Shown one piece after another: positions 38,161-47,451 of a stretch of DNA of 64,000 bases (position 1 is the stretch's first letter; the number at the start of each line of letters is the position of its first letter). The translations under genes and the position numbers were made by a program. Source of the stretch: Candidatus Vogelbacteria bacterium (GTDB lineage Bacteria; Patescibacteriota; Minisyncoccia; Phycocordibacterales; XYD1-FULL-46-19); the NCBI GenBank assembly GCA_016188295.1, contig JACPIA010000011.1:3993-67992 (forward strand), given 5' to 3'. Under the pieces are notes generated by a model. It saw nothing but the letters and a program-made list of their open reading frames with translations, made no database searches and had not been told where the DNA came from.

Positions 38161-39084
38161 ATGGAACGTTTTTTAGACTCAATTAGTTCAAATCAGTTAA
38201 TGGGGCGCTCCCAAACCGCTCAAACAATGTCTCTACTCCAAGCTATTTCCTCGCCTGATCCTAAAGTGGCAGTTGGCGGTGGCGATATTACGATTGTTAA
38301 TGATTCAGCCTTACTTCCCGACATTGGGCCATTAGGGACGATTGCTGATATTGTCGAGATTCCACCTTCCGATCAAATCAGTATTTATGTGGTGCGCAAG
38401 GGCGATACTCTCTTGGCGATTGCTAAAATGTTTAATGTTTCGGTTAACACCATTATGTGGGGCAATGATTTGGCTCGTGGGACTGCTCTTAAAGAAGGTC
38501 AGACCTTGACTATTTTGCCAATTTCCGGTATCCGCTACACTGTTAAGTCGGGTGATACTCTCGCCTCAATCGCGACCAAATACAAAGGCGACGCTGAAGA
38601 AATTGCTCAGTTTAATGGTCTAGATCATGGTGCCCGTTTAACGGTGGGTAATATTTTAATTGTGCCTAATGGTGAGATAGCGGTAGCGACACCGGTTAGA
38701 ACTACTACCGGCACTGTAGGCAGTAATTTGTCCACTTTTATCGGTAACTTGATGCGTCCAATCCGCGGTGGAATCAAAACTCAAGGGATACATGGTTTTA
38801 ATGGAGTAGATCTATCTAGTGCTTATGGAGCTGAGGTTTTTGCTGCTTCGGCTGGCACTGTGATTATTGCTCGAAATGGTGGTTGGAATGGTGGCTATGG
38901 TAGTTATGTGGTGGTCGATCATAGTAATGGAGTCCAAACTTTATATGCCCACCTAAGCAAAGTAATGGTGGCGCAAGGTCAACGAGTGATCCAAGGTCAA
39001 GTAGTGGGTGCCCTCGGCAATAGTGGTCGCTCTACCGGTCCTCATCTCCACTTTGAAGTTCGCGGTACTAAAAATCCGTTTTAA
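38161..39084 (+). CDS. LysM-LysM-M23 (LytM-family) peptidoglycan endopeptidase
   Basis: Two LysM repeats (YVVRKGDTLLAIAKMF, YTVKSGDTLASIATKY). M23 motifs (HxxxD region, HLHFEVR). An in-frame signal-peptide-like extension lies upstream of the ATG with no canonical start codon. Confidence 0.8.
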   Translation: MERFLDSISSNQLMGRSQTAQTMSLLQAISSPDPKVAVGGGDITIVNDSALLPDIGPLGTIADIVEIPPSDQISIYVVRKGDTLLAIAKMFNVSVNTIMWGNDLARGTALKEGQTLTILPISGIRYTVKSGDTLASIATKYKGDAEEIAQFNGLDHGARLTVGNILIVPNGEIAVATPVRTTTGTVGSNLSTFIGNLMRPIRGGIKTQGIHGFNGVDLSSAYGAEVFAASAGTVIIARNGGWNGGYGSYVVVDHSNGVQTLYAHLSKVMVAQGQRVIQGQVVGALGNSGRSTGPHLHFEVRGTKNPF

Positions 39085-39095
39085 GATCAAAATAT

Positions 39096-39132
39096 AAGGT
39101 CTCGCCTTTTTGGAGATCCAAGGCGAGACCTT
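39096..39132. terminator. Hairpin between convergent M23 peptidase and lexA-operon genes
   Basis: 11-bp perfect stem AAGGTCTCGCC/GGCGAGACCTT with a 15-nt loop. Confidence 0.45.
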
Positions 39133-39135
39133 GGA

Positions 39136-39342
39136 CTAAAGTAATAAAGATAATGCGCTGGTAGTGAGTGAGCGCCAGAGACCGAGGTGATCGCGATTGA
39201 GACGGCGGAGCTCGCTTGTTAATTGTTTGTGGCGTCGCGCGTCGCACGCGTATGATAAACGATGCATTATCTTCCAATCGATTTGATCGTTTAATTTATT
39301 GAGTTCATCTTGTAGGGCTGATTTAAATTGTTGTTTACTCAT
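39136..39342 (-). CDS. Small protein (68 aa) encoded 6 nt downstream of lexA; candidate SOS-operon member
   Basis: ATG ORF directly following the lexA stop. Hydrophobic C-terminus. No homology recognized. Confidence 0.35.
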   Translation of the reverse strand: MSKQQFKSALQDELNKLNDQIDWKIMHRLSYACDARRHKQLTSELRRLNRDHLGLWRSLTTSALSLLL

Positions 39343-39348
39343 GTTATT

Positions 39349-39918
39349 TTATAATTGTCTGATAATAGCGGTAACGACAGCGGCGATGTTTAAACTATGT
39401 TTAGGGTAAATGTTTTTAAATTGACTATTCGCGGGTTCTAAATAATTTTGGCCATTTTGTTCTTTTAAATATTTCATTGTCCAACCGCCGTCTATTTCCG
39501 CAATCACAATATCGCCCATCATCCCTTTTTTACTTTTATCCGCTAAGACCAAGTCACCGTCGTAAATGCCGGCCTCCATCATTGAATCGCCTTTAACAGT
39601 GAGGAGGTACGAGTGTTCACGATCTTCCACCAACATCTCATCTAAACTGACAGTGTCCAACTCCACAGCCTCGACACTAGTTGGTATCCCCGCCTCGACG
39701 ATACCTAATAATTTTAACGAACCAAATAAATTGCCCGGGACTAAGTGGCCGGTGTGATCTTTATTTACAACACCCTCGTCTAACATTTTTTGGACTAATT
39801 TATAAACCGCGTTTTTAGATTTAAAACCAACCAGAGACATGATCTCACTGTAGCTGGGCAGGCGTCGGTGACGATTATAAAACTGGCTGATTTTTTGTTT
39901 ATATTCCCCATAACTCAT
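39349..39918 (-). CDS. lexA: LexA repressor (S24 peptidase)
   Basis: C-terminal catalytic GDSM (TVKGDSMMEAG) and Lys. N-terminal HTH. Start set at MSYGEY (ATG 39918) because the SOS box lies upstream of it. Confidence 0.85.
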   Translation of the reverse strand: MSYGEYKQKISQFYNRHRRLPSYSEIMSLVGFKSKNAVYKLVQKMLDEGVVNKDHTGHLVPGNLFGSLKLLGIVEAGIPTSVEAVELDTVSLDEMLVEDREHSYLLTVKGDSMMEAGIYDGDLVLADKSKKGMMGDIVIAEIDGGWTMKYLKEQNGQNYLEPANSQFKNIYPKHSLNIAAVVTAIIRQL

Positions 39919-39930
39919 GTAAATAGTATA

Positions 39931-39948
39931 AGTGAACATCCGTTCACT
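39931..39948. promoter_or_regulatory. LexA/SOS box (Cheo-type GAAC-N4-GTTC) upstream of lexA
   Basis: AGTGAACATCCGTTCACT is a palindromic GAAC-N4-GTTC immediately upstream of the lexA start. Confidence 0.6.
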
Positions 39949-39987
39949 AGTCAATAACTCTACTGTGGATAACCCTAGTGAAACAGC

Positions 39988-41529
39988 TTAAGCTCTTTTT
40001 GGTCGATATTGGAGAGCCTCAAGTAAATGGCTCTCGTTGATATTGTCAGTATCAGTGAGATCAGCAATAGTGCGAGCCAATTTAATAACGCGATGAAAAG
40101 CGCGCGCCGATAAATTTAATCGGCGCGCGGCATCTTCCAACAAAGTTGAGGCACTATCGGATAGGGGGGCAAATTGTTTAAGCTCTTTAACTGTCATCTC
40201 GCTGTTGGTGGTGATATTCTTGTTGGCGGTTTTAAATCTTTTATTTTGACGTTTGCGTGCGGCAATCACTCGTTCGCGGACATTACTTGATGGTTCCTCA
40301 CTTCCCTCGCCGCGCAAGCTCGCTGGGTCCACCACGCCCACCTCCAACCACAAATCAATTCGATCAATAATCGGTCCGGATAATTTACGATCATAACGGT
40401 CGAGGGCTTGTGGTGTACAAATACATTCGCGCACTTTGTTGCCACGGTGTCCGCAGGGACAGGGATTCATTGATGCCACTAAAGTAAAACTGGCCGGGAA
40501 AGTCATTGAGCCCTTGGAGCGGCTAATGGAAACAATCCGATCCTCTAATGGTTGGCGTAAAGCTTCTAAAACTCTCTTTTCAAACTCGGGGAATTCATCT
40601 AGGAATAAAACACCACGATGGGCTAATGTAATCTCACCCGGCTTGGGCCAAGCACCACCGCCAACTAATGAGACATAACTAGCGGTGTGGTGCGGTGAGC
40701 GAAAAGGGGCTTCGGTTAAATAATGTCCATCAAGAGCACCGGAGGCGGAATGGATACCGGTGGTCTCAATAATCTCGTCAAAAGAGAGTGGTGGTAACAG
40801 GCTAGCAAAAGCCCGCGCCAACATTGTTTTGCCGGTGCCGGGGGGACCAAACATCGCTACGTTGTGTCCACCGGCGGCGGCGATTTCCAATCCGCGTTTG
40901 GCGGTGTGCTGACCACGAATGTCAGCTAGATCATATGTAGCGCTATTTTGATTAGTCACAATTTCGGTCGGCATCGCTGGGGTTAAGAGAAACTTTTTAT
41001 CGTCTCCTCTTTTGATTGGCGCCAAATGAGCCACAATCTCGGCTAAAGTTTTTACCGGGTAAACGGCAATATCGCGCACTAATGCCGCCTCGGTGGCATT
41101 GGCATCTGGTAAATACACTTCAGTAAAACCGGCATCCCGCGCTTTTTTGACTAACACTAAAGTGCCGGTAATTGGTCGGAGCTCGCCAGACAATCCTAAT
41201 TCACCTAAAAATAATTTACCAGTTGGTTCAAAATGTAAAATATCGCTCGCCGCCAAGGTGGCGAGAGCGATCGCCAAGTCAAAAACCGAACCCTCCTTTT
41301 TAATATCGGCCGGAGCGAGTGAGACAATGATTTTACGATTACCTTTGTGTGGCGGTGGGAAGCCGGAGTTTTTAATTGCCGCACTAATCCGGTCGCGCGC
41401 TTCTTCGACGGCTTTGTCGGGCAAGCCCACAATATTAAACGAGTGTAAACCACGAGAAACATCCACTTCCACATCGATAATATCTGATTTTAGTCCCGAT
41501 AACTGCGCGGCCCGGACTATAGCGATCAT
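39988..41529 (-). CDS. comM: YifB/ComM-family Mg-chelatase-like AAA+ ATPase
   Basis: 513 aa. N-terminal Lon-like domain. AAA+ Walker A GPPGTGKTMLA. C-terminal Mg-chelatase domain. Confidence 0.85.
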   Translation of the reverse strand: MIAIVRAAQLSGLKSDIIDVEVDVSRGLHSFNIVGLPDKAVEEARDRISAAIKNSGFPPPHKGNRKIIVSLAPADIKKEGSVFDLAIALATLAASDILHFEPTGKLFLGELGLSGELRPITGTLVLVKKARDAGFTEVYLPDANATEAALVRDIAVYPVKTLAEIVAHLAPIKRGDDKKFLLTPAMPTEIVTNQNSATYDLADIRGQHTAKRGLEIAAAGGHNVAMFGPPGTGKTMLARAFASLLPPLSFDEIIETTGIHSASGALDGHYLTEAPFRSPHHTASYVSLVGGGAWPKPGEITLAHRGVLFLDEFPEFEKRVLEALRQPLEDRIVSISRSKGSMTFPASFTLVASMNPCPCGHRGNKVRECICTPQALDRYDRKLSGPIIDRIDLWLEVGVVDPASLRGEGSEEPSSNVRERVIAARKRQNKRFKTANKNITTNSEMTVKELKQFAPLSDSASTLLEDAARRLNLSARAFHRVIKLARTIADLTDTDNINESHLLEALQYRPKRA

Positions 41530-41553
41530 GATGTGGCGATGGTTCTAAAAAAA

Positions 41554-41868
41554 TTAGGCGTCGCGGTGAGTAATACAGGTGGTCGCGGCGGGGTTGGCGT
41601 CCAAGCGTTCGGACTCAATCGGTTGTTTGCAAATAACGCAGTAGCCGTAAGTCTCATCCTCAATTTTAGCTAAAGCGGTTTTAACTTGGTGTAATTCTTC
41701 TTTCAACTCATCGGTACCAGCTGCTTCTTCACCTTGTTCTTCTAAGCGGTCAGCAATCTCATCACGGAAAGCGACCTCGCTCTCTTCCGTTTGACTGAGC
41801 TCGGCCAACTCTCCCTCTAAACGTTTTTTTTCGGACTCTAATTGTTGTCGGTATTTAGTGATATCCAT
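41554..41868 (-). CDS. DksA/TraR-family C4-type zinc-finger protein
   Basis: Coiled-coil N-terminus. C-terminal CVICKQPI...CITH zinc finger. Confidence 0.7.
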   Translation of the reverse strand: MDITKYRQQLESEKKRLEGELAELSQTEESEVAFRDEIADRLEEQGEEAAGTDELKEELHQVKTALAKIEDETYGYCVICKQPIESERLDANPAATTCITHRDA

Positions 41869-41872
41869 ACCA

Positions 41873-43072
41873 TTACTCTACCACAGGCAAGCGGGACAAG
41901 GCCACCACTTTTTCCATCGTGGCGGGTGAGATGGTAATGACTAAAGTTTGATTATCGATAAAAGCATAGAGTAAGTGTGGTTGGCCATTGGTGTCGACAA
42001 TGGCTCGGGCATCAATATTTTTAATCAATAAATCAGTAAATCCGCCAGCTGGCGGAACGGTCTTTAAAGTGTTGTAGCTAGTATCTGGGAAATACGGTTT
42101 GATTAACGGCGCTAAAATACTTGATCCGTGAGCTAGTAATTGAGCAGCTATATTCTCATATGAATTGATCGTCAAAATGATAAACGGTTCAGTGCCGGTG
42201 GGGGTGTGATACAGGCCCAACAGCCAATTATTATTCAAAAAACGGATAAATGGTCGTGGCAGTTCGATGCCGAGTATTTCATTGGTTTCGCGCAAACCGA
42301 GTACTGCTTTAGCTTCTAAAGTCTTATCATCTTCATCGATCTCGGCGATCACTTTAGTAAAGTAAAGACCGGTGGTGCTGTCGGTAGGGCCACTAGCTTG
42401 GACAGTCCGCCTGACTTTAGGGAGTAGGGTTTCTGTTGTTTCACCACTGGTGATCACCTCATATTGAGTATCGGTGGGGAGTATCAATTTAACTGCTGTT
42501 TGCGGAGTAATGGTGGTCGAGGCGATCGGATTTAATTTAAAAACATAAGCGATCACTAATCCCCCACCGGCTAAAAGTACTAAAGTTAAAGCAATAATGG
42601 CAATAGTAGTATAGGCTTGATGCTCCACTTGTTTAGCGCTTTGACGACGTAAGGCTTGAGCTTCGAGAGCGATTTTAGCCATTGAAAGTTTGCGGCTGGA
42701 GGCGGCATCTTGGACATCAGTTTTTAAGGTCCGTACAGAACTTAAACTGACGCGTGGTTCACCACGCAATTGTTCGGTTAAAGTGGCCGCTTCGCGTCCT
42801 TTAGCTATCCGACTGGCTTTAGCGGCCTCAGACTCGCGGGCGCTCGCCTCAGCCGCCGCTCGCTCTTTAGCCTCTTTAGCGGCTACCTCCGCATTATGTT
42901 TTTTGATTTGTTCGTCGTGAATTTTTTGGGCCAGTTTTTTCTCGGCTTCTAAGCGTTCAGCTTCGACACGTTTACTGCGGCGGGCCGAGCCCTCCATCGC
43001 CAAAATAGCCTGTTCACGACGTTTAGCTAATGTCTCTGTATCGGTGGGGATTCTCTGCTCCTCGGGAGGCAT
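41873..43072 (-). CDS. Hypothetical membrane protein with charged coiled-coil N-terminus and single TM
   Basis: A/E/K-rich N-terminus, TM LTLVLLAGGGLVIAYVF, C-terminal globular region. Confidence 0.45.
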   Translation of the reverse strand: MPPEEQRIPTDTETLAKRREQAILAMEGSARRSKRVEAERLEAEKKLAQKIHDEQIKKHNAEVAAKEAKERAAAEASARESEAAKASRIAKGREAATLTEQLRGEPRVSLSSVRTLKTDVQDAASSRKLSMAKIALEAQALRRQSAKQVEHQAYTTIAIIALTLVLLAGGGLVIAYVFKLNPIASTTITPQTAVKLILPTDTQYEVITSGETTETLLPKVRRTVQASGPTDSTTGLYFTKVIAEIDEDDKTLEAKAVLGLRETNEILGIELPRPFIRFLNNNWLLGLYHTPTGTEPFIILTINSYENIAAQLLAHGSSILAPLIKPYFPDTSYNTLKTVPPAGGFTDLLIKNIDARAIVDTNGQPHLLYAFIDNQTLVITISPATMEKVVALSRLPVVE

Positions 43073-43088
43073 ATTATTTTAAAAAATT

Positions 43089-43646
43089 CTAAACACTTAA
43101 TTCGGCTTTAATGGCATCTAACTTGGCCTGCAACGACTCTTCCTCATCCAACAATTTTTGATAACTGGCGGTTTGCTCGGCAATTTTGCCGTCAATCACA
43201 TCAATCTCTGCTTGTAATTTCCATTTGGCGTCCTCTAAACTGCGGCGCTTATCCTCCACGATTCGCCGATTCGCTTCGATTTTATGTTTTTCGGATGGTA
43301 AACCGGTTTCGTTCTCTGTTTTTTCTAGACCAGTTTCTTCGGCTTCAACTTTAGCTTCCTGCTCGACAATTGGTGTCATTTTTTGTTTAATTATTGTTTT
43401 CTCGTCATCAAGTTTGACCCAGAGTAACTCTAACTGCTCCTTTTTTTTAACGATTACCGCTAATTTAGTTTCTAGTTCTTTACTTTCTTCTTTGATCTCG
43501 CGCTCGTGCTCGGCTTGCTCAATCTTAGCCGCCCGCTCCGGCCCCGCCAACGCTTTTTTAGCCTCGGCTAATTTATCAACCACCTTTGGTTCCACGTTGG
43601 TATAATCTGGCACACCGACGGGATTAGGATTATTATTCTCGTCCAT
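43089..43646 (-). CDS. Acidic coiled-coil protein, hypothetical
   Basis: 185 aa, E/K-rich heptad-like sequence. Confidence 0.45.
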   Translation of the reverse strand: MDENNNPNPVGVPDYTNVEPKVVDKLAEAKKALAGPERAAKIEQAEHEREIKEESKELETKLAVIVKKKEQLELLWVKLDDEKTIIKQKMTPIVEQEAKVEAEETGLEKTENETGLPSEKHKIEANRRIVEDKRRSLEDAKWKLQAEIDVIDGKIAEQTASYQKLLDEEESLQAKLDAIKAELSV

Positions 43647-43747
43647 AGTCTTTTTATTATAGCAAAAGAATGACTAAATATTGAAAATAAAACTCCCGAA
43701 GCCAATTGCTGGACGACGGAAGTAGTAAACTGTTGGATCTGATACGG

Positions 43748-44155
43748 TCAGGCTGGCAGATCAATCTTCTCGATCTGCCAATCATCAGGTTCCACTTGTC
43801 TCAAATATTGACTACAAAACCTAATGATCAGTTTAATCCCCTCTAGCCCTTGAGTCAGGCCTGGGTAATAGACTTTCAAGGCATCAGGTAATCCAACTTG
43901 TTCATTCATAAATCGTGCTAATTCAGCTGGAGATGCAGTACGAAGACTGTCAACCAATCCTTGTCCCAATTCATCGAGGACATGACTACTATCACCTTGG
44001 GAAAAGAAAACAAGAGACTGAGCAATCCGGCTTCGTGTCGACTGTGGAAGTCTATTGAATTGATCAACGATATAATTTAGTTCTGCTCCATGACTCCATT
44101 TCAGACGCTTTTCTTTGATTCCCAGTGACTGACACACTTCTGGTAATGTCGGCAT
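43748..44155 (-). CDS. Hypothetical protein
   Basis: 135-aa ORF. Tandem TTGACCTC direct repeats lie 35-50 nt upstream of it. Confidence 0.4.
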   Translation of the reverse strand: MPTLPEVCQSLGIKEKRLKWSHGAELNYIVDQFNRLPQSTRSRIAQSLVFFSQGDSSHVLDELGQGLVDSLRTASPAELARFMNEQVGLPDALKVYYPGLTQGLEGIKLIIRFCSQYLRQVEPDDWQIEKIDLPA

Positions 44156-44359
44156 GTCTTTCTCCTTATACTTATAGTTGAGTTAAGTTTGACCTCAGGT
44201 TGACCTCTGAATCTACTACTAGCACTTAATTAAGCTAACTGTCAAGGTCTCGCCTTGGCAATGGTTTTATTCAGTTAGATGTGGTTTAATTGAAATTGGA
44301 ATTGGCTAGTTGCTAGTTGAATCGAGTTCTCATTGGGATTGTCTAAAAATAGGAGAAAA

Positions 44360-44497
44360 ATGATGAAAAGGATCATTAAATGGCTCCGCCGGTTAAGAAA
44401 GAACTGGATTCGGAGAAGGCGACACCGGGAAGGTCTTCGGCAATTAGATGAGCAACTAAGTCTGATTCGCCGACAACAAAGATTGGGCCGGTCATGA
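44360..44497 (+). CDS. Small arginine-rich protein (45 aa) with strong RBS, hypothetical
   Basis: AGGAG 5 nt upstream of the ATG. MMKRIIKWLRRLRKNWIRRRRHREGLRQLDEQLSLIRRQQRLGRS. Followed by the REP hairpin acting as a terminator. Confidence 0.4.
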   Translation: MMKRIIKWLRRLRKNWIRRRRHREGLRQLDEQLSLIRRQQRLGRS

Positions 44498-44505
44498 GAA
44501 TACCA

Positions 44506-44545
44506 CCGCAACGAGGCTAAGCCTCGTTGCGGTTTCTGTTTACTT
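44506..44545 (+). terminator. REP-like palindromic element, copy 4, functioning as an intrinsic terminator
   Basis: 12-bp stem CCGCAACGAGGC/GCCTCGTTGCGG, loop TAA, followed by TTTCTGTTTACTT. Confidence 0.55.
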
Positions 44546-44589
44546 ATAATCAACTAGTCTTTATAATCAAATTATTATTTTAATTATTC

Positions 44590-44967
44590 ATGAGACGAGA
44601 GTCGTTATCATTCAAATCATCGGAGGTAGAACCATCATTCTTGGCTAATTATTGGCGACGACTTGGTCTACCGGGGCAGCCACCTCGGTTGGGATCGGTA
44701 GCCGAGAGTCGCTTGCTGGACCGCTGTCAAGCTTATACCGATTTAGTGTTATCGGGAAAAAATCGTATTGGTAGAGAAGATGAACGTCGGCGATTGCATA
44801 ATGAGTTGGCCGTAATGATTTTTGGACAAACTCGCACGGAAATGCCTTATGATCTCGCGGAAAAAATTTCTGAATTGGCATGTCTGGCTACCACTGGCGA
44901 GACATTAGAGCAGGCTTTTACTCGTTTAGCACAAGCTCGTCTGGATCGTGAGCAAGAAGACGAATAA
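44590..44967 (+). CDS. Hypothetical protein
   Basis: 125-aa ORF with elevated GC. No motif recognized. Confidence 0.35.
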   Translation: MRRESLSFKSSEVEPSFLANYWRRLGLPGQPPRLGSVAESRLLDRCQAYTDLVLSGKNRIGREDERRRLHNELAVMIFGQTRTEMPYDLAEKISELACLATTGETLEQAFTRLAQARLDREQEDE

Positions 44968-45310
44968 AATTAAGACCGCCAATCACGAGGATGACAGTCT
45001 TTAAAGATCACAGATCGGGTTGTTGGTGACAGCACAGAATGTTTGTCGTTGGTACTCTACTTCGTGAATCCAGCATCCTTGGTCATTTGATTTATTGATG
45101 CTGATAACGACCGCTCCGGCCCTTAGTAATATCCCAAGTTCCGCTGGGGTGATGAAGTATTTATCTTTCCTCCCCCAATCCCGCCGACATTCCCTTGCTA
45201 TCCTGCTTGCTTGTCTTGGCGCTAGAGCTGTCACGTTTGTCCCATTCATCACACTCGTCTCCTTTCTCCGATTTTTAGACTATAACATTATAGCAGATAT
45301 TTGTCTAATT

Positions 45311-45850
45311 TTAGTCGGATTTACCGTTTTTGTTCCCGGTTCCGGTAGTGAGTAAATATTTACGAGGATTATCATCCAAGTTCATAAAATCGTCTACCGC
45401 CTCCTTAAGTTTAGAGGAAGTGCTTTTGCCAAAGGAAATTGCCTCCACCTGACAACCCATGTGATCTTGTAAATATTCGACTAATGGAACAAAATCGCCA
45501 TCACCCGAAACCAGGATAACGGCGTCGAGTTTAGGGGCCAGTTTAACGGCGTCCATCGCTAAGCCTACGTCCCAATCAGCTTTTTTAGCGCCGCCGGCAA
45601 AAATTTGTAAATCTTTGGTTTTAACCTCAATACCCATTTTACCTAAAGCCTCAAAAAAGTTTTTTTCATCACCACTCTCGGTGGTCACCACATAGGCTCG
45701 GGCGCGCACTAACTGTCGGCCGGCCAAAGCATCTTTCATGATCGCGCCAAAGTTGACGCGAGCGTGATACAAATTTTTAGCACAATGGTATAAATTTTGC
45801 GTATCAATAAAAACGCCAACCCGTTGGCTCTTGTGTTTGATAATCGACAT
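45311..45850 (-). CDS. NYN-domain (LabA-like, PIN-like) protein
   Basis: VGVFIDTQNLYH and GDGDF motifs typical of NYN/DUF88. Confidence 0.65.
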   Translation of the reverse strand: MSIIKHKSQRVGVFIDTQNLYHCAKNLYHARVNFGAIMKDALAGRQLVRARAYVVTTESGDEKNFFEALGKMGIEVKTKDLQIFAGGAKKADWDVGLAMDAVKLAPKLDAVILVSGDGDFVPLVEYLQDHMGCQVEAISFGKSTSSKLKEAVDDFMNLDDNPRKYLLTTGTGNKNGKSD

Positions 45851-45858
45851 GTTTAACT

Positions 45859-46104
45859 TTATTTAATTACCGCTTCGGCTTTTTTGCGCTTAGTTAAAAG
45901 ATACTTTTCGTGAGTACGACGCTCGGAGACAAGCTTGAGCAGACCGCGACGCGAGTGATTATCTTTAGCATGCTTTTTTAAATGTGAGGCCAACTCATTG
46001 ATCCGCTCGGTGAGCAGGGCAATTTGGACTTCCGGCGAGCCGGTGTCTTTAGTATGGCGTGCAGTCTTTTTAATGACTGCGCTCTTTTTCTTAGTCGTAA
46101 GCAT
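45859..46104 (-). CDS. rpsO: 30S ribosomal protein S15
   Basis: [39 protein letters not shown] is an S15 signature. Start set at the internal ATG (46104). Confidence 0.85.
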   Translation of the reverse strand: MLTTKKKSAVIKKTARHTKDTGSPEVQIALLTERINELASHLKKHAKDNHSRRGLLKLVSERRTHEKYLLTKRKKAEAVIK

Positions 46105-46174
46105 GAAATAAGGTATAAAAACCGTTGCAATTAATAATGGTTTATAAAAAGTGGTGCATTTCTGCACCGCTCCA

Positions 46175-46204
46175 ATACTAGCATAATTCCCCCTTTTTTG
46201 TCAA
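46175..46204 (-). promoter_or_regulatory. Candidate rpsO promoter (TTGACA, 18-nt spacer, TAGTAT) with small leader hairpin downstream
   Basis: Minus strand reads TTGACAaaaaagggggaattatgcTAGTAT. A GGTGCA-TTTC-TGCACC hairpin (46152-46167) lies in the leader. Confidence 0.35.
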
Positions 46205-46328
46205 TCTGTCATAAGGTTTTGTTTTAGTGGGAGGAAGTAAAACCAAACATTCAATGTTTGGTTTAAAAAACCTGACCGTAAATCTGATAAGTAGTCCCAC
46301 GTCGCACAATATTTGATACAATGGGAGC

Positions 46329-47204
46329 ATGGCTGGGAGCGAAATTCAAAAGTTAAAACAAGAGTTTTTGGAGTACTTGGAGATTGAGCGCGGGCGGAGC
46401 GTTAAAACGGTGGAGAATTATGATCGCTACCTTACACGACTTTTTATTTTTGGTAAAGTAACTAAAATTAGTGACATTGATGACGACTTAGTGCGTCGCT
46501 TCCGCCTCACTATTAATCGTGAGAATTTAAAAAAGAACACTCAAAACTATCATTTAATCGCTTTACGCACTTTTCTTAAGTTTTTAGCTAAAAAAGGGAT
46601 TAAATCCCTCGCCCCCGAGCGCATTGAGCTCGCTAAAGTGGGTGCCCGTGAGCTTGACCTTATTACCGAGGCCGAACTTAAGCGCTTACTTGATGGTCCT
46701 AAAACTAATACCCTCTCGGGCTTGCGCGATAAAGCACTATTAGAACTCTTATTTTCCACTGGTCTACGCGTCTCGGAATTATGCTCCTTAGATCGCGACA
46801 GTATTGACCTTTCTCGCGGTGAGTTTACCATCCGTGGTAAGGGAGAGAAGGTTCGCCTCGTTTTCCTCTCTCCAGAAGCGGCGAGTTATTTAAAAAGTTA
46901 TGAGGGGAAGCGTAAGGATTTAGACGAGGCTTTATTTATTAACCCTGATGGTGGCCGGCTTAGTCCTCGCTCTATTGAGCGTTTGGTTAAAAAATATGCC
47001 ACCCAAGCCGGTATTGGCCGCCGAGTCACACCCCACACCCTCCGCCACTCCTTTGCCACTGACCTGCTCCAAAATGGGGCGGACATTAGATCAGTACAAG
47101 TGATGTTAGGTCACGCCAATATTACCACTACTCAAGTGTATACCCATGTTACCGACCGCCAACTCCGCGAGATCCACAAAAATTTTCATAATAAGAAAAA
47201 ATGA
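46329..47204 (+). CDS. Tyrosine recombinase, XerC/XerD-like
   Basis: C-terminal R..HxxR..Y motifs (HTLRHSFATDLL ... TTQVYTHV). 291 aa. Confidence 0.8.
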   Translation: MAGSEIQKLKQEFLEYLEIERGRSVKTVENYDRYLTRLFIFGKVTKISDIDDDLVRRFRLTINRENLKKNTQNYHLIALRTFLKFLAKKGIKSLAPERIELAKVGARELDLITEAELKRLLDGPKTNTLSGLRDKALLELLFSTGLRVSELCSLDRDSIDLSRGEFTIRGKGEKVRLVFLSPEAASYLKSYEGKRKDLDEALFINPDGGRLSPRSIERLVKKYATQAGIGRRVTPHTLRHSFATDLLQNGADIRSVQVMLGHANITTTQVYTHVTDRQLREIHKNFHNKKK

Positions 47205-47414
47205 CTTTATAAAGTTATCCACAGTTTTGTTTGTTGTCCTTTAAAACAGTTATAGTACAATAAAGGACAGACGATGATCAGGACCTATAGGACGAGAACC
47301 TCAGATAATTTTGTTAGATATTTTTTCTCCTCATAGTCTAGCAGATTGTGCCCTTTTTATCGGCGTTTCGCAATCAACTATCATTGTTTCCGTGCCCTGC
47401 ATGTCCTCGTCCGC

Positions 47415-47451
47415 CCCGCCCATTTATCTGAGGCGGGTTGTTTGTTTATTT
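47415..47451 (+). terminator. GC hairpin plus T-tract, plus-strand terminator about 210 nt downstream of xerC
   Basis: CCCGCC/GGCGGG stem with an 11-nt loop, then TTGTTTGTTTATTT. Overlaps the cca stop codon. Confidence 0.4.

Noticed and set aside
39919-39954. N-terminal extension of lexA to the ORF-track start at 39954
   Set aside because: The extension contains the LexA operator itself. The MSYGEY ATG at 39918 gives a typical LexA N-terminus.
44275-44553. 92-aa minus-strand ORF
   Set aside because: It is antisense to the small basic ORF and reads through the REP hairpin terminator.
45001-45355. ORFs 45001..45252(-) and 45095..45355(+)
   Set aside because: They overlap each other with no motifs. 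The strand cannot be decided from sequence alone, so the region is left unannotated.
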